From the NCBI GenBank assembly GCA_020718315.1, contig DYSK01000002.1, forward strand, positions 1 through 39,562: 39,562 bases of DNA. Direction: 5' to 3'. The DNA comes from Draconibacterium orientale. GTDB taxonomy: Bacteria; Bacteroidota; Bacteroidia; Bacteroidales; UBA12170. Made by a program: the position numbers and the translations under genes. Below the pieces are notes generated by a model. The model saw only the letters and a list, made by a program, of their open reading frames with translations. It ran no database searches and had not been told where the DNA came from. Position 1 is the first letter of the stretch, and each line of letters begins with the position of its first letter. Positions 19,193 through 28,759 of the stretch are shown piece after piece.

Positions 19193-20209
19193 ATGTCGAA
19201 AATCAATGCCGCGCTTACCGGAATTCATGCATGTGTTCCAGAGTATATTTTAACAAATGAAGAACTTTCCACCATGGTAGACACCACCGATGAATGGATA
19301 CAATCACGCACTGGAATAAAAGAACGACATATTTTGAAAGGCGAGGGCAAAGGAACTTCCGATATGGGCGCCAAAGCGCTCTTGGGTTTGCTGGAAAAAT
19401 CGAATACAAAAGCCGAAGAAGTTGATTTAATCATTTGTGCCACAGTTACTCCCGATATGCTGTTTCCGGCCACCAGCAATATTATTGCACATAAAGCGGG
19501 CTGTATAAATGCTTTTGCTTTTGATCTGAATGCTGCTTGTTCGGGATTTTTGTTTGCACTTCAAACCGGCCGAATGTATGTTGAATCTGGTCTATACAAA
19601 AAAGTAGTTGTAGTGGGTGCCGATAAAATGTCGGCCATTGTCGATTATACAGATCGCAAGAACTGCATTCTTTTTGGCGATGCCGGAGGGGCAGTTATGC
19701 TCGAACCCACAACCGAAGATTACGGCATCATTGATGCAGATTTGCATACCGATGGATCGGGGAAAGATTTTCTTTACCAAAAAGCAGGCGGATCGGTCTA
19801 TCCTCCAACACAAAAAACCGTGGCCAACCGCGAACACTATATTTATCAAGAAGGACAATCGGTCTTTAAATTTGCAGTTTCACGCATGGCCGATGTATCG
19901 GCCGATATGATGACTAAACACAACATCAATCCGGAAGAATTGGCTTGGTTGGTTCCTCATCAAGCCAACTTACGAATCATCGACGCTACGGCGCGAAGAA
20001 TGGGAATACGAAAAGAGCAGGTAATGATAAACATTGAAAAATATGGAAACACGACCGACGCCACAATTCCTTTGTGTTTGCACGATTGGGAAAGCCAACT
20101 AAAAAAAGGCGACAAGTTGATTTTGGCTGCTTTTGGAGGCGGATTTACCTGGGGCGCCCTCTATTTGAAATGGTCCTACGATGGCTCTCAAGTCAAGAAA
20201 TTGGTCTAA
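19193..20209 (+). CDS. fabH: 3-oxoacyl-ACP synthase III
   Basis: [22 protein letters not shown] (Cys), [18 protein letters not shown] (His), YGNT (Asn), AFGGGFTWG. Confidence 0.97.
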   Translation: MSKINAALTGIHACVPEYILTNEELSTMVDTTDEWIQSRTGIKERHILKGEGKGTSDMGAKALLGLLEKSNTKAEEVDLIICATVTPDMLFPATSNIIAHKAGCINAFAFDLNAACSGFLFALQTGRMYVESGLYKKVVVVGADKMSAIVDYTDRKNCILFGDAGGAVMLEPTTEDYGIIDADLHTDGSGKDFLYQKAGGSVYPPTQKTVANREHYIYQEGQSVFKFAVSRMADVSADMMTKHNINPEELAWLVPHQANLRIIDATARRMGIRKEQVMINIEKYGNTTDATIPLCLHDWESQLKKGDKLILAAFGGGFTWGALYLKWSYDGSQVKKLV

Positions 20210-20255
20210 AAGTCGAACGTATTTCAGTTTTTTAAACCACTCAATTTAGGAAATG

Positions 20256-20280
20256 AGGCTGTGTTTTCTGCACAGCTTTT
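20256..20280 (+). terminator. Probable intrinsic terminator after fabH
   Basis: AGGCTGTG-ttttctg-CACAGCTT stem followed by a short T run. Confidence 0.6.
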
Positions 20281-20347
20281 CAATATTTGGCAAAATTGCA
20301 AATTTAGAGTTTCTCAAAATGCATCCTAACTCAGTATGCAATTCTGA

Positions 20348-20777
20348 AATCAATATCTTGGTTAGAAAGTTCCAAAATAAGGTTTGTTAACGGCTAAAAA
20401 ATAGTTGAAAGCGGAAATTTTCAAAGGCACGGCATTGAAATTTATTTACGAAAACAGTCAAAAAAAACAGTTCCATTTTCGCTAAATTTGAGTTTCCCTA
20501 TTTGAAATATCTTCGGCAGAACGAAGCAGGCATTGGTGTTTGGCGTTTTTGCAGAAGGATGTCCAAAATTTAGAAGCGTCCATGTGCAAGGTCTGTGCCA
20601 AAAATCACAAAAATTTAAAAATAATATTTCGTTTTGTTTTTTAAAAAAAGTAAAAAAAACCAATTTATTTTTAATTTATTTCGTGTATTATAAATAATAT
20701 CAATTAGTTATATAAGAAGCGAAAAAAATAAAATTAAAGTCTTCAAAAATTATTTCATCAATAATATCAAGCATTTA
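20348..20777 (+). promoter_or_regulatory. Three IHF-consensus sites (WATCAANNNNTTR)
   Basis: AATCAATATCTTG 20348..20360, TATCAATTAGTTA 20698..20710 and TATCAAGCATTTA 20765..20777, all on the same strand. Confidence 0.55.
20585..20600 (-). promoter_or_regulatory. Sigma-54 (-24/-12) consensus element
   Basis: Minus strand reads TGGCAC-AGACC-TTGCA, an exact match to TGGCAC-N5-TTGC(A/T). Confidence 0.7.
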
Positions 20778-20845
20778 CGAAATGTCTAAAGTTAATAACA
20801 GCGTGCTGTTGATAATTAAAAAGGCTGTTTTAAGAAAATGATTTT

Positions 20846-20853
20846 TACATTTG
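20846..20853 (+). promoter_or_regulatory. Bacteroidota -7 promoter box for nrdJ
   Basis: TACATTTG 65 bp upstream of the ATG at 20919. Confidence 0.6.
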
Positions 20854-20918
20854 GTCGGGTAAAATGAAGACAAAAAGGACTTCAAAAATCAAAAAAATTA
20901 ATAGATTTCAATAAAATT

Positions 20919-23609
20919 ATGGAGAAAGATTTGTTCGCCAACCAGCCACTTGTTAACGAAGAAAAAAGCGATACTACTGCAAATTTCTATCGGCAGATAG
21001 AAGTAAAGCGACTTCATTCGGAAGTCACATTAAAAGCGGAAAAAAGCACGGCTTCCGAAAGCGCAGGCGCGGCTGCCAACACTATGAAAGCCTATACACA
21101 TCAAGAAGTAGCAAAAACGGCCTCCGTTTATTTCAAAGGCGACGAATTGGCTGCCAGTGTTTGGATGAACAAATACGCTCTCAAAAATTCTGATGGCGAA
21201 ATATTTGAACGTACACCCGACGATATGCATGAACGAATTGCTTTTGAAGTGCATCGTATCGAACAAAAATACCCAAATCCAATTTCAAAAGAAACTATTT
21301 TCGAGCTTTTGAGAGACTTTAAATACATTGTACCGGCCGGCAGTCCAATGGCAGGAATTGGAAATAATTTCCAAATTTCCTCTTTGTCCAACTGTTTTGT
21401 AATAGGAAATGACGGAAGTTCCGATTCATACGGAGGAATTATGAAGATTGATCAAGAGCAAGTTCAGTTGATGAAACGCCGTGGTGGTGTCGGTCACGAT
21501 TTATCGCATATACGTCCGGCCGGATCGGCAGTAAAAAACAGCGCATTGACTTCTACGGGCATTGTGCCGTTTATGGAACGCTATTCCAATTCCACCCGCG
21601 AAGTGGCACAAGACGGACGAAGAGGCGCATTGATGCTCAGCATTTCCGTAAAACATCCCGATGCCGAAGCTTTTATCGATGCAAAGATGTCGCAAGGAAA
21701 AGTGACAGGAGCAAACGTTTCTGTCAAGATTGACGATGAATTTATGCGTGCGGTGGTTTCTGGAAGCACTTATCGCCAACAATATCCTATCAATAGCTCA
21801 AACCCAAAAGTTGTAAAAGAAATAGACGCACGACAGTTGTGGGAAAAAATCATTCACAATGCGTGGGCATCGGCCGAACCGGGAATTTTGTTTTGGGATA
21901 CCGTAATCAGAGAATCCGTTCCTGATTCTTATGCCGATATGGGATTCCGAACCGTTTCGACCAATCCGTGTGGCGAAATCCCATTGTGTCCGTATGATAG
22001 TTGCCGATTGTTAGCCCTGAATTTGTACAGTTATGTGGAAAATCCCTTTACAAAAAATGCGGTTTTCAATTCCGAATTATTTGCTCTACATGTGCATTAT
22101 GCGCAACGCATAATGGACGACATTATCGATTTAGAAATCGAAAAAGTAGATCGCATTCTAGCTAAAATTGAAGCCGACCCCGAAGAAAAGGAAATAAAAC
22201 GTGTAGAACTCAATCTTTGGGAAAATATAAAAAGAAAAAGTATTGAAGGACGCAGAACAGGAATTGGAATCACTGCCGAAGGCGATATGTTGGCCGCTTT
22301 GGGTCTTCGTTATGGTTCGAGCGAAGCCGTTACCTTCTCCACCGAAGTACACAAAACATTGGCCATCGAAGCCTATCGTTCGTCCATCAATTTGGCCAAA
22401 GACAGAGGCGCTTTCCCAATTTTTAATTATGAGCGAGAAGCCAACAATCCTTTTGTAAGTCGGATTCGCGATGCAGCACCGGAAGTAATTGAAGATATGA
22501 AAAAATACGGCCGTCGAAATATTGCTTTGCTCACTATTGCTCCAACCGGAAGTGTAAGTATTTGTACACAAACCACATCCGGAATAGAACCGGTATTTAT
22601 GGTGGCCTATAAACGCAGACGTAAGGTAAACCCGAACGATAAAAATGTGACAATCGGTTTTGTGGACGAAGTGGGCGACAGTTGGGAAGAATACAATGTA
22701 TTTCATCCAAAATTTATGGACTGGTTGCGCATAAATGGTTACAACGAACACGAAGTAAAGGGTTACAACGATAAAGATTTAGGGGTAATAATTGCACAAT
22801 CGCCCTATCACAAAGCCACTTCAAACGACATTGATTGGCTGAATAAAGTAAGAATGCAAGGCGAAATCCAAAAATGGGTGGACCATTCTATCTCTGTTAC
22901 CGTAAACTTGCCCGCAGACGCTACCGAAGGTCTTGTGAGTCAGGTTTATCAGTCGGCTTGGGAATCGGGCTGCAAAGGAATGACCATTTACCGCGACGGA
23001 TCGCGTTCGGGAGTATTGGTGAGTAAAACAGACAAAGATAAAAAGGACAATGAATTTCATGAAACCCAAGCTCCTATTCGTCCAAAACGTTTGGAAGCTG
23101 ATGTAATTCGTTTTCAGAACGATTACGAAAAATGGATAGCCGTTGTTGGCCTGCTCGATGGAAGACCTTATGAAGTTTTTACCGGAAAAGCCGACGATTT
23201 TTATTTGCCGCCTTGGGTAGAAAAAGGAGCTGTAATTCGTTTCAAAAAAGACAGCGAACGTGCTCGTTACGATTTCCAGTTTCTTGATAAACAAGGGTAT
23301 AAAGTAACTTCTGAAGGATTGTCGCGCACTTTCGATAAAACATTTTGGAACTATGCAAAGCTGATTTCAGGGATTTTGCGTCATGGAATGCCATTGTATC
23401 AGGCTGTTGAGTTAATCTCAAACTTAAACTTTGATAACGAAAGCATCAACACCTGGAAAAATGGCGTTGTGCGCAGTTTGAAAAAATACATTCCCGACGG
23501 TACAAAAGCCGAAAAGAATGAATGTCCGGAGTGTGGAGTCGACGATGCTCTAATTTATAAAGAAGGCTGTTTAACTTGTAAACACTGTGGTTTCTCCAAA
23601 TGTGAGTAA
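20919..23609 (+). CDS. nrdJ: Adenosylcobalamin-dependent (class II) ribonucleotide reductase
   Basis: SLSNCFV, RRGGVGHDLS, TNPCGEIPL (thiyl Cys), SCRL, IAPTGS, GCKGMTIYRDGSR; C-terminal TSCPD-like region and CPECG...EGCLTCKHCGFSKC. No nrdB/nrdG nearby. Confidence 0.95.
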   Translation: MEKDLFANQPLVNEEKSDTTANFYRQIEVKRLHSEVTLKAEKSTASESAGAAANTMKAYTHQEVAKTASVYFKGDELAASVWMNKYALKNSDGEIFERTPDDMHERIAFEVHRIEQKYPNPISKETIFELLRDFKYIVPAGSPMAGIGNNFQISSLSNCFVIGNDGSSDSYGGIMKIDQEQVQLMKRRGGVGHDLSHIRPAGSAVKNSALTSTGIVPFMERYSNSTREVAQDGRRGALMLSISVKHPDAEAFIDAKMSQGKVTGANVSVKIDDEFMRAVVSGSTYRQQYPINSSNPKVVKEIDARQLWEKIIHNAWASAEPGILFWDTVIRESVPDSYADMGFRTVSTNPCGEIPLCPYDSCRLLALNLYSYVENPFTKNAVFNSELFALHVHYAQRIMDDIIDLEIEKVDRILAKIEADPEEKEIKRVELNLWENIKRKSIEGRRTGIGITAEGDMLAALGLRYGSSEAVTFSTEVHKTLAIEAYRSSINLAKDRGAFPIFNYEREANNPFVSRIRDAAPEVIEDMKKYGRRNIALLTIAPTGSVSICTQTTSGIEPVFMVAYKRRRKVNPNDKNVTIGFVDEVGDSWEEYNVFHPKFMDWLRINGYNEHEVKGYNDKDLGVIIAQSPYHKATSNDIDWLNKVRMQGEIQKWVDHSISVTVNLPADATEGLVSQVYQSAWESGCKGMTIYRDGSRSGVLVSKTDKDKKDNEFHETQAPIRPKRLEADVIRFQNDYEKWIAVVGLLDGRPYEVFTGKADDFYLPPWVEKGAVIRFKKDSERARYDFQFLDKQGYKVTSEGLSRTFDKTFWNYAKLISGILRHGMPLYQAVELISNLNFDNESINTWKNGVVRSLKKYIPDGTKAEKNECPECGVDDALIYKEGCLTCKHCGFSKCE

Positions 23610-23626
23610 CAAAAACTATCTGAACT

Positions 23627-23662
23627 AAAAAAACTCCGTAGTATTCTTCGGAGTTTTTTTTT
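23627..23662. terminator. Bidirectional intrinsic terminator between nrdJ and metF
   Basis: A-run-CTCCG-tagtattctt-CGGAG-T-run, between convergent genes. Confidence 0.85.
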
Positions 23663-23902
23663 GAATATTTCCCGAGATGTGGACTGGGTAAACTGTATTG
23701 TTATGAAAGAATTTAACCCCACACAAAAATAAAAACAAATAAGCCAAGACAGCAGCAAAAAGACGGTCGTAGTGGCGGAGATAAGCGGAAAATAAAACCA
23801 AAAACGGAGTGTCAAGCACGTAAATTTTAAGGACGGGTTAGCTGCCTGAAATAGCCAGATTGATTGTATTTGCCCGGCTTTGGTTTAAATTATTTTTAAG
23901 GT

Positions 23903-24856
23903 TTAAAAAATAGCTTTTGCAATTTGTCGGATATTGTCCGATTTCCCCATGGTATAATAATGCAAAACAGGCACGCCGGCGGCTATCAGTTCTTTGCTTT
24001 GTGCTATACTCCAGGCTATTCCCAATTCGTAAATAGATTGTTTTGATTTGCACTTCTGCACTTCTTTGGCCAAGCCTTGTGGAATATCTACATGAAAAGT
24101 TTGGGGCAAAGCAACCAATTGATTTTTTGCCGACAATGGTTTAAGTCCCGGAATGATTGGAATGTCGATTCCGATTGCGCGACAGCTTTTTACAAAATCG
24201 AAATATTTTTGGTTGTCGAAAAACATTTGCGTTACAATATAATCTGCTCCGGCATCTACTTTTGCTTTTAAGTTGATTAGGTCGCTTTGTGGATTGGCGG
24301 CTTCGGGATGTTTTTCGGGATAGCCGGCAACGCCAATACAAAAATTGGTAGGATGTGCATTTTCTAAACCTTCTTCAAGATAAATTCCTCTGTTCAAATT
24401 GCTCACTTGTTTTACCAAATCTACAGCAAAAGCGTTCCCATCCGGTTCGGGGACGAAATATTTTTGTGTTGCAGGAGAATCGCCACGCAGCAACAGAAGA
24501 TTATCGATACCCAAAAAATACAAATCGATTAATGCGTTTTCGGTGATTTCGCGTGTAAAACCACCACAAATCAAATGTGGCACCACATCAATTCCGGTTT
24601 TATATTGAATGGCCGAAGAAATCCCTACCGTACCTGGCCGTTTGCGCACCGTATGTTTTTTTAAGAGCCCCCCGGGAAGCGTTTCGTATTCAATTTCTTC
24701 CTGATGGTAGGTAATGTTTATATAAGCGGGATTGAACTCCAACAACGGATTAATTTTATCTTGAATATGGCTAAACTGTTCGCCTTTCAGGGGAGGAAGA
24801 AGCTCAAAAGAAAAGAGTGTATTAGAGGCTTTCTTTATGTGTTCGGTTACCTTCAT
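23903..24856 (-). CDS. metF: 5,10-methylenetetrahydrofolate reductase
   Basis: FSFELLPP, VPHLICGG, LLLRGD, VAGYPEKH, VTQMFFD, LHYYTMG. Confidence 0.96.
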   Translation of the reverse strand: MKVTEHIKKASNTLFSFELLPPLKGEQFSHIQDKINPLLEFNPAYINITYHQEEIEYETLPGGLLKKHTVRKRPGTVGISSAIQYKTGIDVVPHLICGGFTREITENALIDLYFLGIDNLLLLRGDSPATQKYFVPEPDGNAFAVDLVKQVSNLNRGIYLEEGLENAHPTNFCIGVAGYPEKHPEAANPQSDLINLKAKVDAGADYIVTQMFFDNQKYFDFVKSCRAIGIDIPIIPGLKPLSAKNQLVALPQTFHVDIPQGLAKEVQKCKSKQSIYELGIAWSIAQSKELIAAGVPVLHYYTMGKSDNIRQIAKAIF

Positions 24857-24871
24857 CTTGTTTTATTTTTT

Positions 24872-27800
24872 TTAGCGATTATAAGTAAGTAAAGTTTTTG
24901 CACTTTCGAGCGAAATGTTTTTTCTTTTGGCATAATCTGCCAATTGATCGTCGGCAATTTTGCCAACATTGAAATATTGACTTTCGGGATGAGCAAAATA
25001 AAATCCCGAAACACTTGATGCCGGATACATGGCGAAGTTTTCGGTAAGTTTAACGTCGATATTTTTTTCGACTTGCAATATATCGAAAAGAACTTCTTTT
25101 TCGGAATGTTCCGGACAAGCCGGATATCCTGGAGCCGGACGAATTCCGCGGTATTTCTCTCTTAAGATCAATGGAATGTCTTGTTTCTCGTCGGGGGCAT
25201 AAGCCCAGAATTTTGTGCGGACTTCAAAATGCAGCAGTTCGGCCAAGGCTTCGGCCAAGCGATCGGCCAGAATTTTCACCATAATAGCGTTGTAATCGTC
25301 GTTTTTTTGCGCATATTCTTTGCTCAGAAAGTCGGCGCCCTCACCCGAGCTCACTACAAAAGCACCTAAAAAGTCCGTTTCTTGTTCGCTCTGTGGCAAA
25401 ATAAAATCGGCCAAAGAAAGATTGAAAGCAGTTTGTTCTTTTTTCTCTTGGTTGCGCAAAAACTGAAACTCAGCACGTATTTTTGTCTGCTTTTCATCTT
25501 CGAAAAGCCGAATGGTTTCTTGATTTTTGGATGCCGGAAATAGTCCAAAGATCACTTTGGGTTGAATCCGCTTGTCTTTTCCCATCTCGTCTAAAATCAA
25601 TTGCCCTTCGTCCCAAAGTTTCCGGGCTTCCATTCCTTTTATTGGGTCGTTGAAAATGGCCGGATATTTGCCACTAATTTTCCAAGCGTGAAAAAAGAAA
25701 GTCCAATCAATCCATGGGCGGATTTCTTCCACTGAGTACGTTTTTACCTGAACACCTATTTGTGTTGGCCGAACAATTTGCGCATTTTCTTTGGTCGAAA
25801 GGAAAGCATTTTTTCGTGCTGTTGCGAGCGAAATAAAGTTCTTTGCCGATTTGTTCAGATTGTGTTTTTCGCGCAGATTTTCATATTTCAGGCGAATCTC
25901 ATCCGTAAGTTTTAGTTTTTCTTTCTTGTCGATGAGTCGGCTTGCTATTTGAACACTCCGCGACGCATCTTTAACGTGAACAATAAGCGCCTCATAAGCT
26001 GGGGCAATTTTAACGGCGGTATGAATTTCTGAAGTTGTTGCACCGCCAATCAGAATTGGGATAACGAGTCTGCGGCTTTGCATTTCGGCGGCCACATTTG
26101 TCATTTCTTCGAGCGAAGGAGTAATCAATCCGCTTAATCCTACAATATCCACATTTTCATCAATGGCTGTTTGTATAATTTTTTCGGCCGAAACCATTAC
26201 CCCTAAATCAATCACTTCAAAATTGTTGCAGCCCAAAATGACGCCTACAATATTTTTCCCAATATCGTGTACATCGCCTTTAACAGTTGCCAAGAGAACT
26301 TTTCCGGCACTTACTTTTTCGCCTGCATTTTCTGTTTCGATGAAAGGAAGAAGATAGGCAACCGCTTTTTTCATAACACGAGCACTTTTAACTACTTGTG
26401 GCAAAAACATTTTCCCGGAACCAAACAAATCTCCTACTCGATTCATTCCATCCATCAAGGGGCCTTCAATGATGTTAAGAGAAAAAGGGACTTTTTTTTG
26501 CGCTTCTTTTAAATCTTCTTCTATAAAATCAGTTATTCCCTTTACCAGCGCATGCGCTAAGCGATCTTCAACTGTTTGCTTTCTCCATTCCAAAATTTGT
26601 TCTTCTACTTTTGCCGTGCCAATATTTTGGTTGTTTTCGATATAAACCAAAATGCGTTCGGTGGCATCTTTTCGTCGGTTTAAAACCAAATCTTCGATCA
26701 AAACCAAAAGTTCTTTGGGGATTTCGTCGTAAATTTGCAACATAGCAGGGTTTACAATGGCCATATCCAAGCCCGCTTTGATTGCATGGTAGAGAAAAAC
26801 CGAATGAATGGCTTCTCGAATGGAATCGTTTCCACGAAAGGCAAAACTTAAATTGCTCACCCCACCGCTTACCTTGACATAGGGAATATTTTCCTTAATC
26901 CATTTAGCGCTGTTTATAAAATCAACAGCATAATTCGCATGTTCTTTGATTCCTGTACCGATTGTAAGAATATTTGGATCGAAAATAATATCTTCTGCGG
27001 CAAAGCCAATTTGATCGACCAACAAATGATAAGCTCGGTTGCAAACCGCAATTTTGGTGTTGAAATCGGCGGCTTGACCGCTTTCGTCGAAAGCCATCAC
27101 TACCACGGCTGCGCCATAGCGTTTTATTTTTTTTGCCTGTTCCAGAAAAACTTTTTCGCCTTCTTTTAAACTGATCGAGTTTACGATTGCTTTTCCTTGA
27201 ACGCATTTTAGTCCGGCTTCAATTACGCTCCATTTTGAGCTGTCGATCATGATAGGGATTCGAGCAATGTCGGGTTCTGATGCCAGTTGGTTCAAAAAAG
27301 TGGTCATCTCTGTTTCGGCATCCAGCATGGCATCGTCCATACATACATCTATAATTTGGGCGCCGCCTTCCACTTGATGCCTAGCAATAGTTAGCGCTTC
27401 TTCGTATTTTTTCTCTCGAATCAAGCGCGCAAACATTTTTGAACCACTCACATTTGTTCGTTCGCCGATGTTTACAAAGTTCACCGTTTTGCTAATTTTC
27501 AATGGTTCAAGACCGCTTAATCGTGTTTCGTTGTCGCGGATTGGGATTTTTCGAATGGGAGCGTTTTTGGCAAATTTAGCCATTTCACGGATGTGAGCAG
27601 GAGTTGTACCACAGCAACCACCAACGATATTTGTAAATTGATGATCGATAAAATTGTGAATATGATGTCCCATTTTCTCCGGACTTTCGTCGTACTCGCC
27701 AAACTGATTGGGCAAGCCGGCATTTGGGTGAACGCTCACATAAAAAGGAGCTTTTTCGGAAAGTTCTTTCAGATAAGGACGAAGTTGTTCGGCTCCTAAA

Positions 27801-28531
27801 GCGCAATTTAATCCGATGCTTAGAAGTTCAATATGGGAAACCGAATTCAGAAAAGCTTCCAACGTTTGCCCGGAAAGAGTGCGTCCGCTGGCATCGGTAA
27901 TTGTTCCGGAAACCATCACCGGCCGTTTTTCTTTTTCTTGCTCAAACAGTTCTTCCAAGGCAAAAATAGCCGCTTTCGCATTGAGTGTGTCAAAGATGGT
28001 TTCTACCATAAATACATCTACTTTTCCATCAAAGAGCGCTTTGGCTTGCTGGAAATAAATAGTTTTTAAATCGTCGAAATTTACAGCGCGAAAACCCGGA
28101 TCGTTCACATCGGGCGAAAGAGAGCTTGTTTTGTTTGTTGGACCTAATATTCCGGCTACAAAGCGTGGTTTGTCGGGTGTTAGAGACGTATATTTATCTG
28201 CTGCTGCTCGCGCAATTTGAGCCGCTGCAAGATTGATCTCATCAGTCAAAGATTCCATTTGATAATCGGCCAGAGAAATGCGATTGGCATTGAAAGTGTT
28301 GGTTTCGATAATATCGGCCCCGGCATCTAAATATTCTTCGTGAATATTTTGAATGATTGATGCTTGGGTGAGCGAAAGCAAATCGTTGTTTCCTTTTAGA
28401 TTTACCGGCCAATCCCGAAATCGTTTCCCCCGAAAATCTTCTTCGGTGAGATTGTAATTCTGAATCATCGTGCCCATTGCTCCGTCGAGGATAAGGACTC
28501 TTTTTTTAATTTCTTCTTTTATGTTGCTCAT
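24872..28531 (-). CDS. metH: Cobalamin-dependent methionine synthase (full-length)
   Basis: [40 protein letters not shown] (B12 His motif), [10 protein letters not shown]. Confidence 0.98.
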   Translation of the reverse strand: MSNIKEEIKKRVLILDGAMGTMIQNYNLTEEDFRGKRFRDWPVNLKGNNDLLSLTQASIIQNIHEEYLDAGADIIETNTFNANRISLADYQMESLTDEINLAAAQIARAAADKYTSLTPDKPRFVAGILGPTNKTSSLSPDVNDPGFRAVNFDDLKTIYFQQAKALFDGKVDVFMVETIFDTLNAKAAIFALEELFEQEKEKRPVMVSGTITDASGRTLSGQTLEAFLNSVSHIELLSIGLNCALGAEQLRPYLKELSEKAPFYVSVHPNAGLPNQFGEYDESPEKMGHHIHNFIDHQFTNIVGGCCGTTPAHIREMAKFAKNAPIRKIPIRDNETRLSGLEPLKISKTVNFVNIGERTNVSGSKMFARLIREKKYEEALTIARHQVEGGAQIIDVCMDDAMLDAETEMTTFLNQLASEPDIARIPIMIDSSKWSVIEAGLKCVQGKAIVNSISLKEGEKVFLEQAKKIKRYGAAVVVMAFDESGQAADFNTKIAVCNRAYHLLVDQIGFAAEDIIFDPNILTIGTGIKEHANYAVDFINSAKWIKENIPYVKVSGGVSNLSFAFRGNDSIREAIHSVFLYHAIKAGLDMAIVNPAMLQIYDEIPKELLVLIEDLVLNRRKDATERILVYIENNQNIGTAKVEEQILEWRKQTVEDRLAHALVKGITDFIEEDLKEAQKKVPFSLNIIEGPLMDGMNRVGDLFGSGKMFLPQVVKSARVMKKAVAYLLPFIETENAGEKVSAGKVLLATVKGDVHDIGKNIVGVILGCNNFEVIDLGVMVSAEKIIQTAIDENVDIVGLSGLITPSLEEMTNVAAEMQSRRLVIPILIGGATTSEIHTAVKIAPAYEALIVHVKDASRSVQIASRLIDKKEKLKLTDEIRLKYENLREKHNLNKSAKNFISLATARKNAFLSTKENAQIVRPTQIGVQVKTYSVEEIRPWIDWTFFFHAWKISGKYPAIFNDPIKGMEARKLWDEGQLILDEMGKDKRIQPKVIFGLFPASKNQETIRLFEDEKQTKIRAEFQFLRNQEKKEQTAFNLSLADFILPQSEQETDFLGAFVVSSGEGADFLSKEYAQKNDDYNAIMVKILADRLAEALAELLHFEVRTKFWAYAPDEKQDIPLILREKYRGIRPAPGYPACPEHSEKEVLFDILQVEKNIDVKLTENFAMYPASSVSGFYFAHPESQYFNVGKIADDQLADYAKRKNISLESAKTLLTYNR

Positions 28532-28653
28532 TTTTTGATCTATTTTGGCCTTTTCTCCCGAATATTTTTTTGCGTGCTATTTTTTCATCAAAACGAAATA
28601 GAATAATCTTGCATTGAAGAGGTTGCAATGTAGTGAAGCCGCTGATTTAATTC

Positions 28654-28692
28654 GCGTAAAACCTGATTACAAAGATAATACAAGCTTTACGC
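28654..28692 (-). promoter_or_regulatory. Long RNA hairpin in the metH leader, starting at the uORF stop codon
   Basis: Minus strand GCGUAAAGCUUG-U-AUUAU-CUUU-GUAAU-CAGGUUUUACGC: 12 bp + 5 bp stem (with G-U pairs) and a single bulge; no U-tract follows. Confidence 0.65.
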
Positions 28693-28748
28693 TAACGCAT
28701 GCGCATAGGAGAGGATGAATGGTGTGTTTTTTCGTAAATTGTTTTCAT
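28692..28748 (-). CDS. Putative leader peptide MKTIYEKTHHSSSPMRMR (18 aa)
   Basis: ATG AAA ACA ATT TAC GAA AAA ACA CAC CAT TCA TCC TCT CCT ATG CGC ATG CGT TAG. Starts 11 nt after the riboswitch P1; two Met codons sit just before the stop; upstream of methionine synthesis genes. Confidence 0.6.
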   Translation of the reverse strand: MKTIYEKTHHSSSPMRMR

Positions 28749-28759
28749 AAGCGATATTT

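Noticed and set aside
20425-20440. Plus-strand AGGCACGGCATTGAAA resembling a second sigma-54 site
   Set aside because: The spacing is off by one and the invariant -12 GC is absent.
20442-20663. 73-aa minus-strand ORF in the fabH-nrdJ spacer
   Set aside because: Non-ATG start in homopolymer tracts; it begins upstream of and spans the sigma-54 element; no protein-like features.
20210-20918. Possible replication origin (AT-rich, IHF sites, DnaA-like boxes)
   Set aside because: Only two weak DnaA-like boxes and no dnaA/gidA context. A cumulative GC-skew minimum here would reopen the question, but I cannot compute it.
28638-28660. GCCGCTGATTTAA resembling the start of a SAM-II riboswitch
   Set aside because: It is on the strand antisense to metH, and the downstream P1 partner and GCUAAA element are not properly placed.
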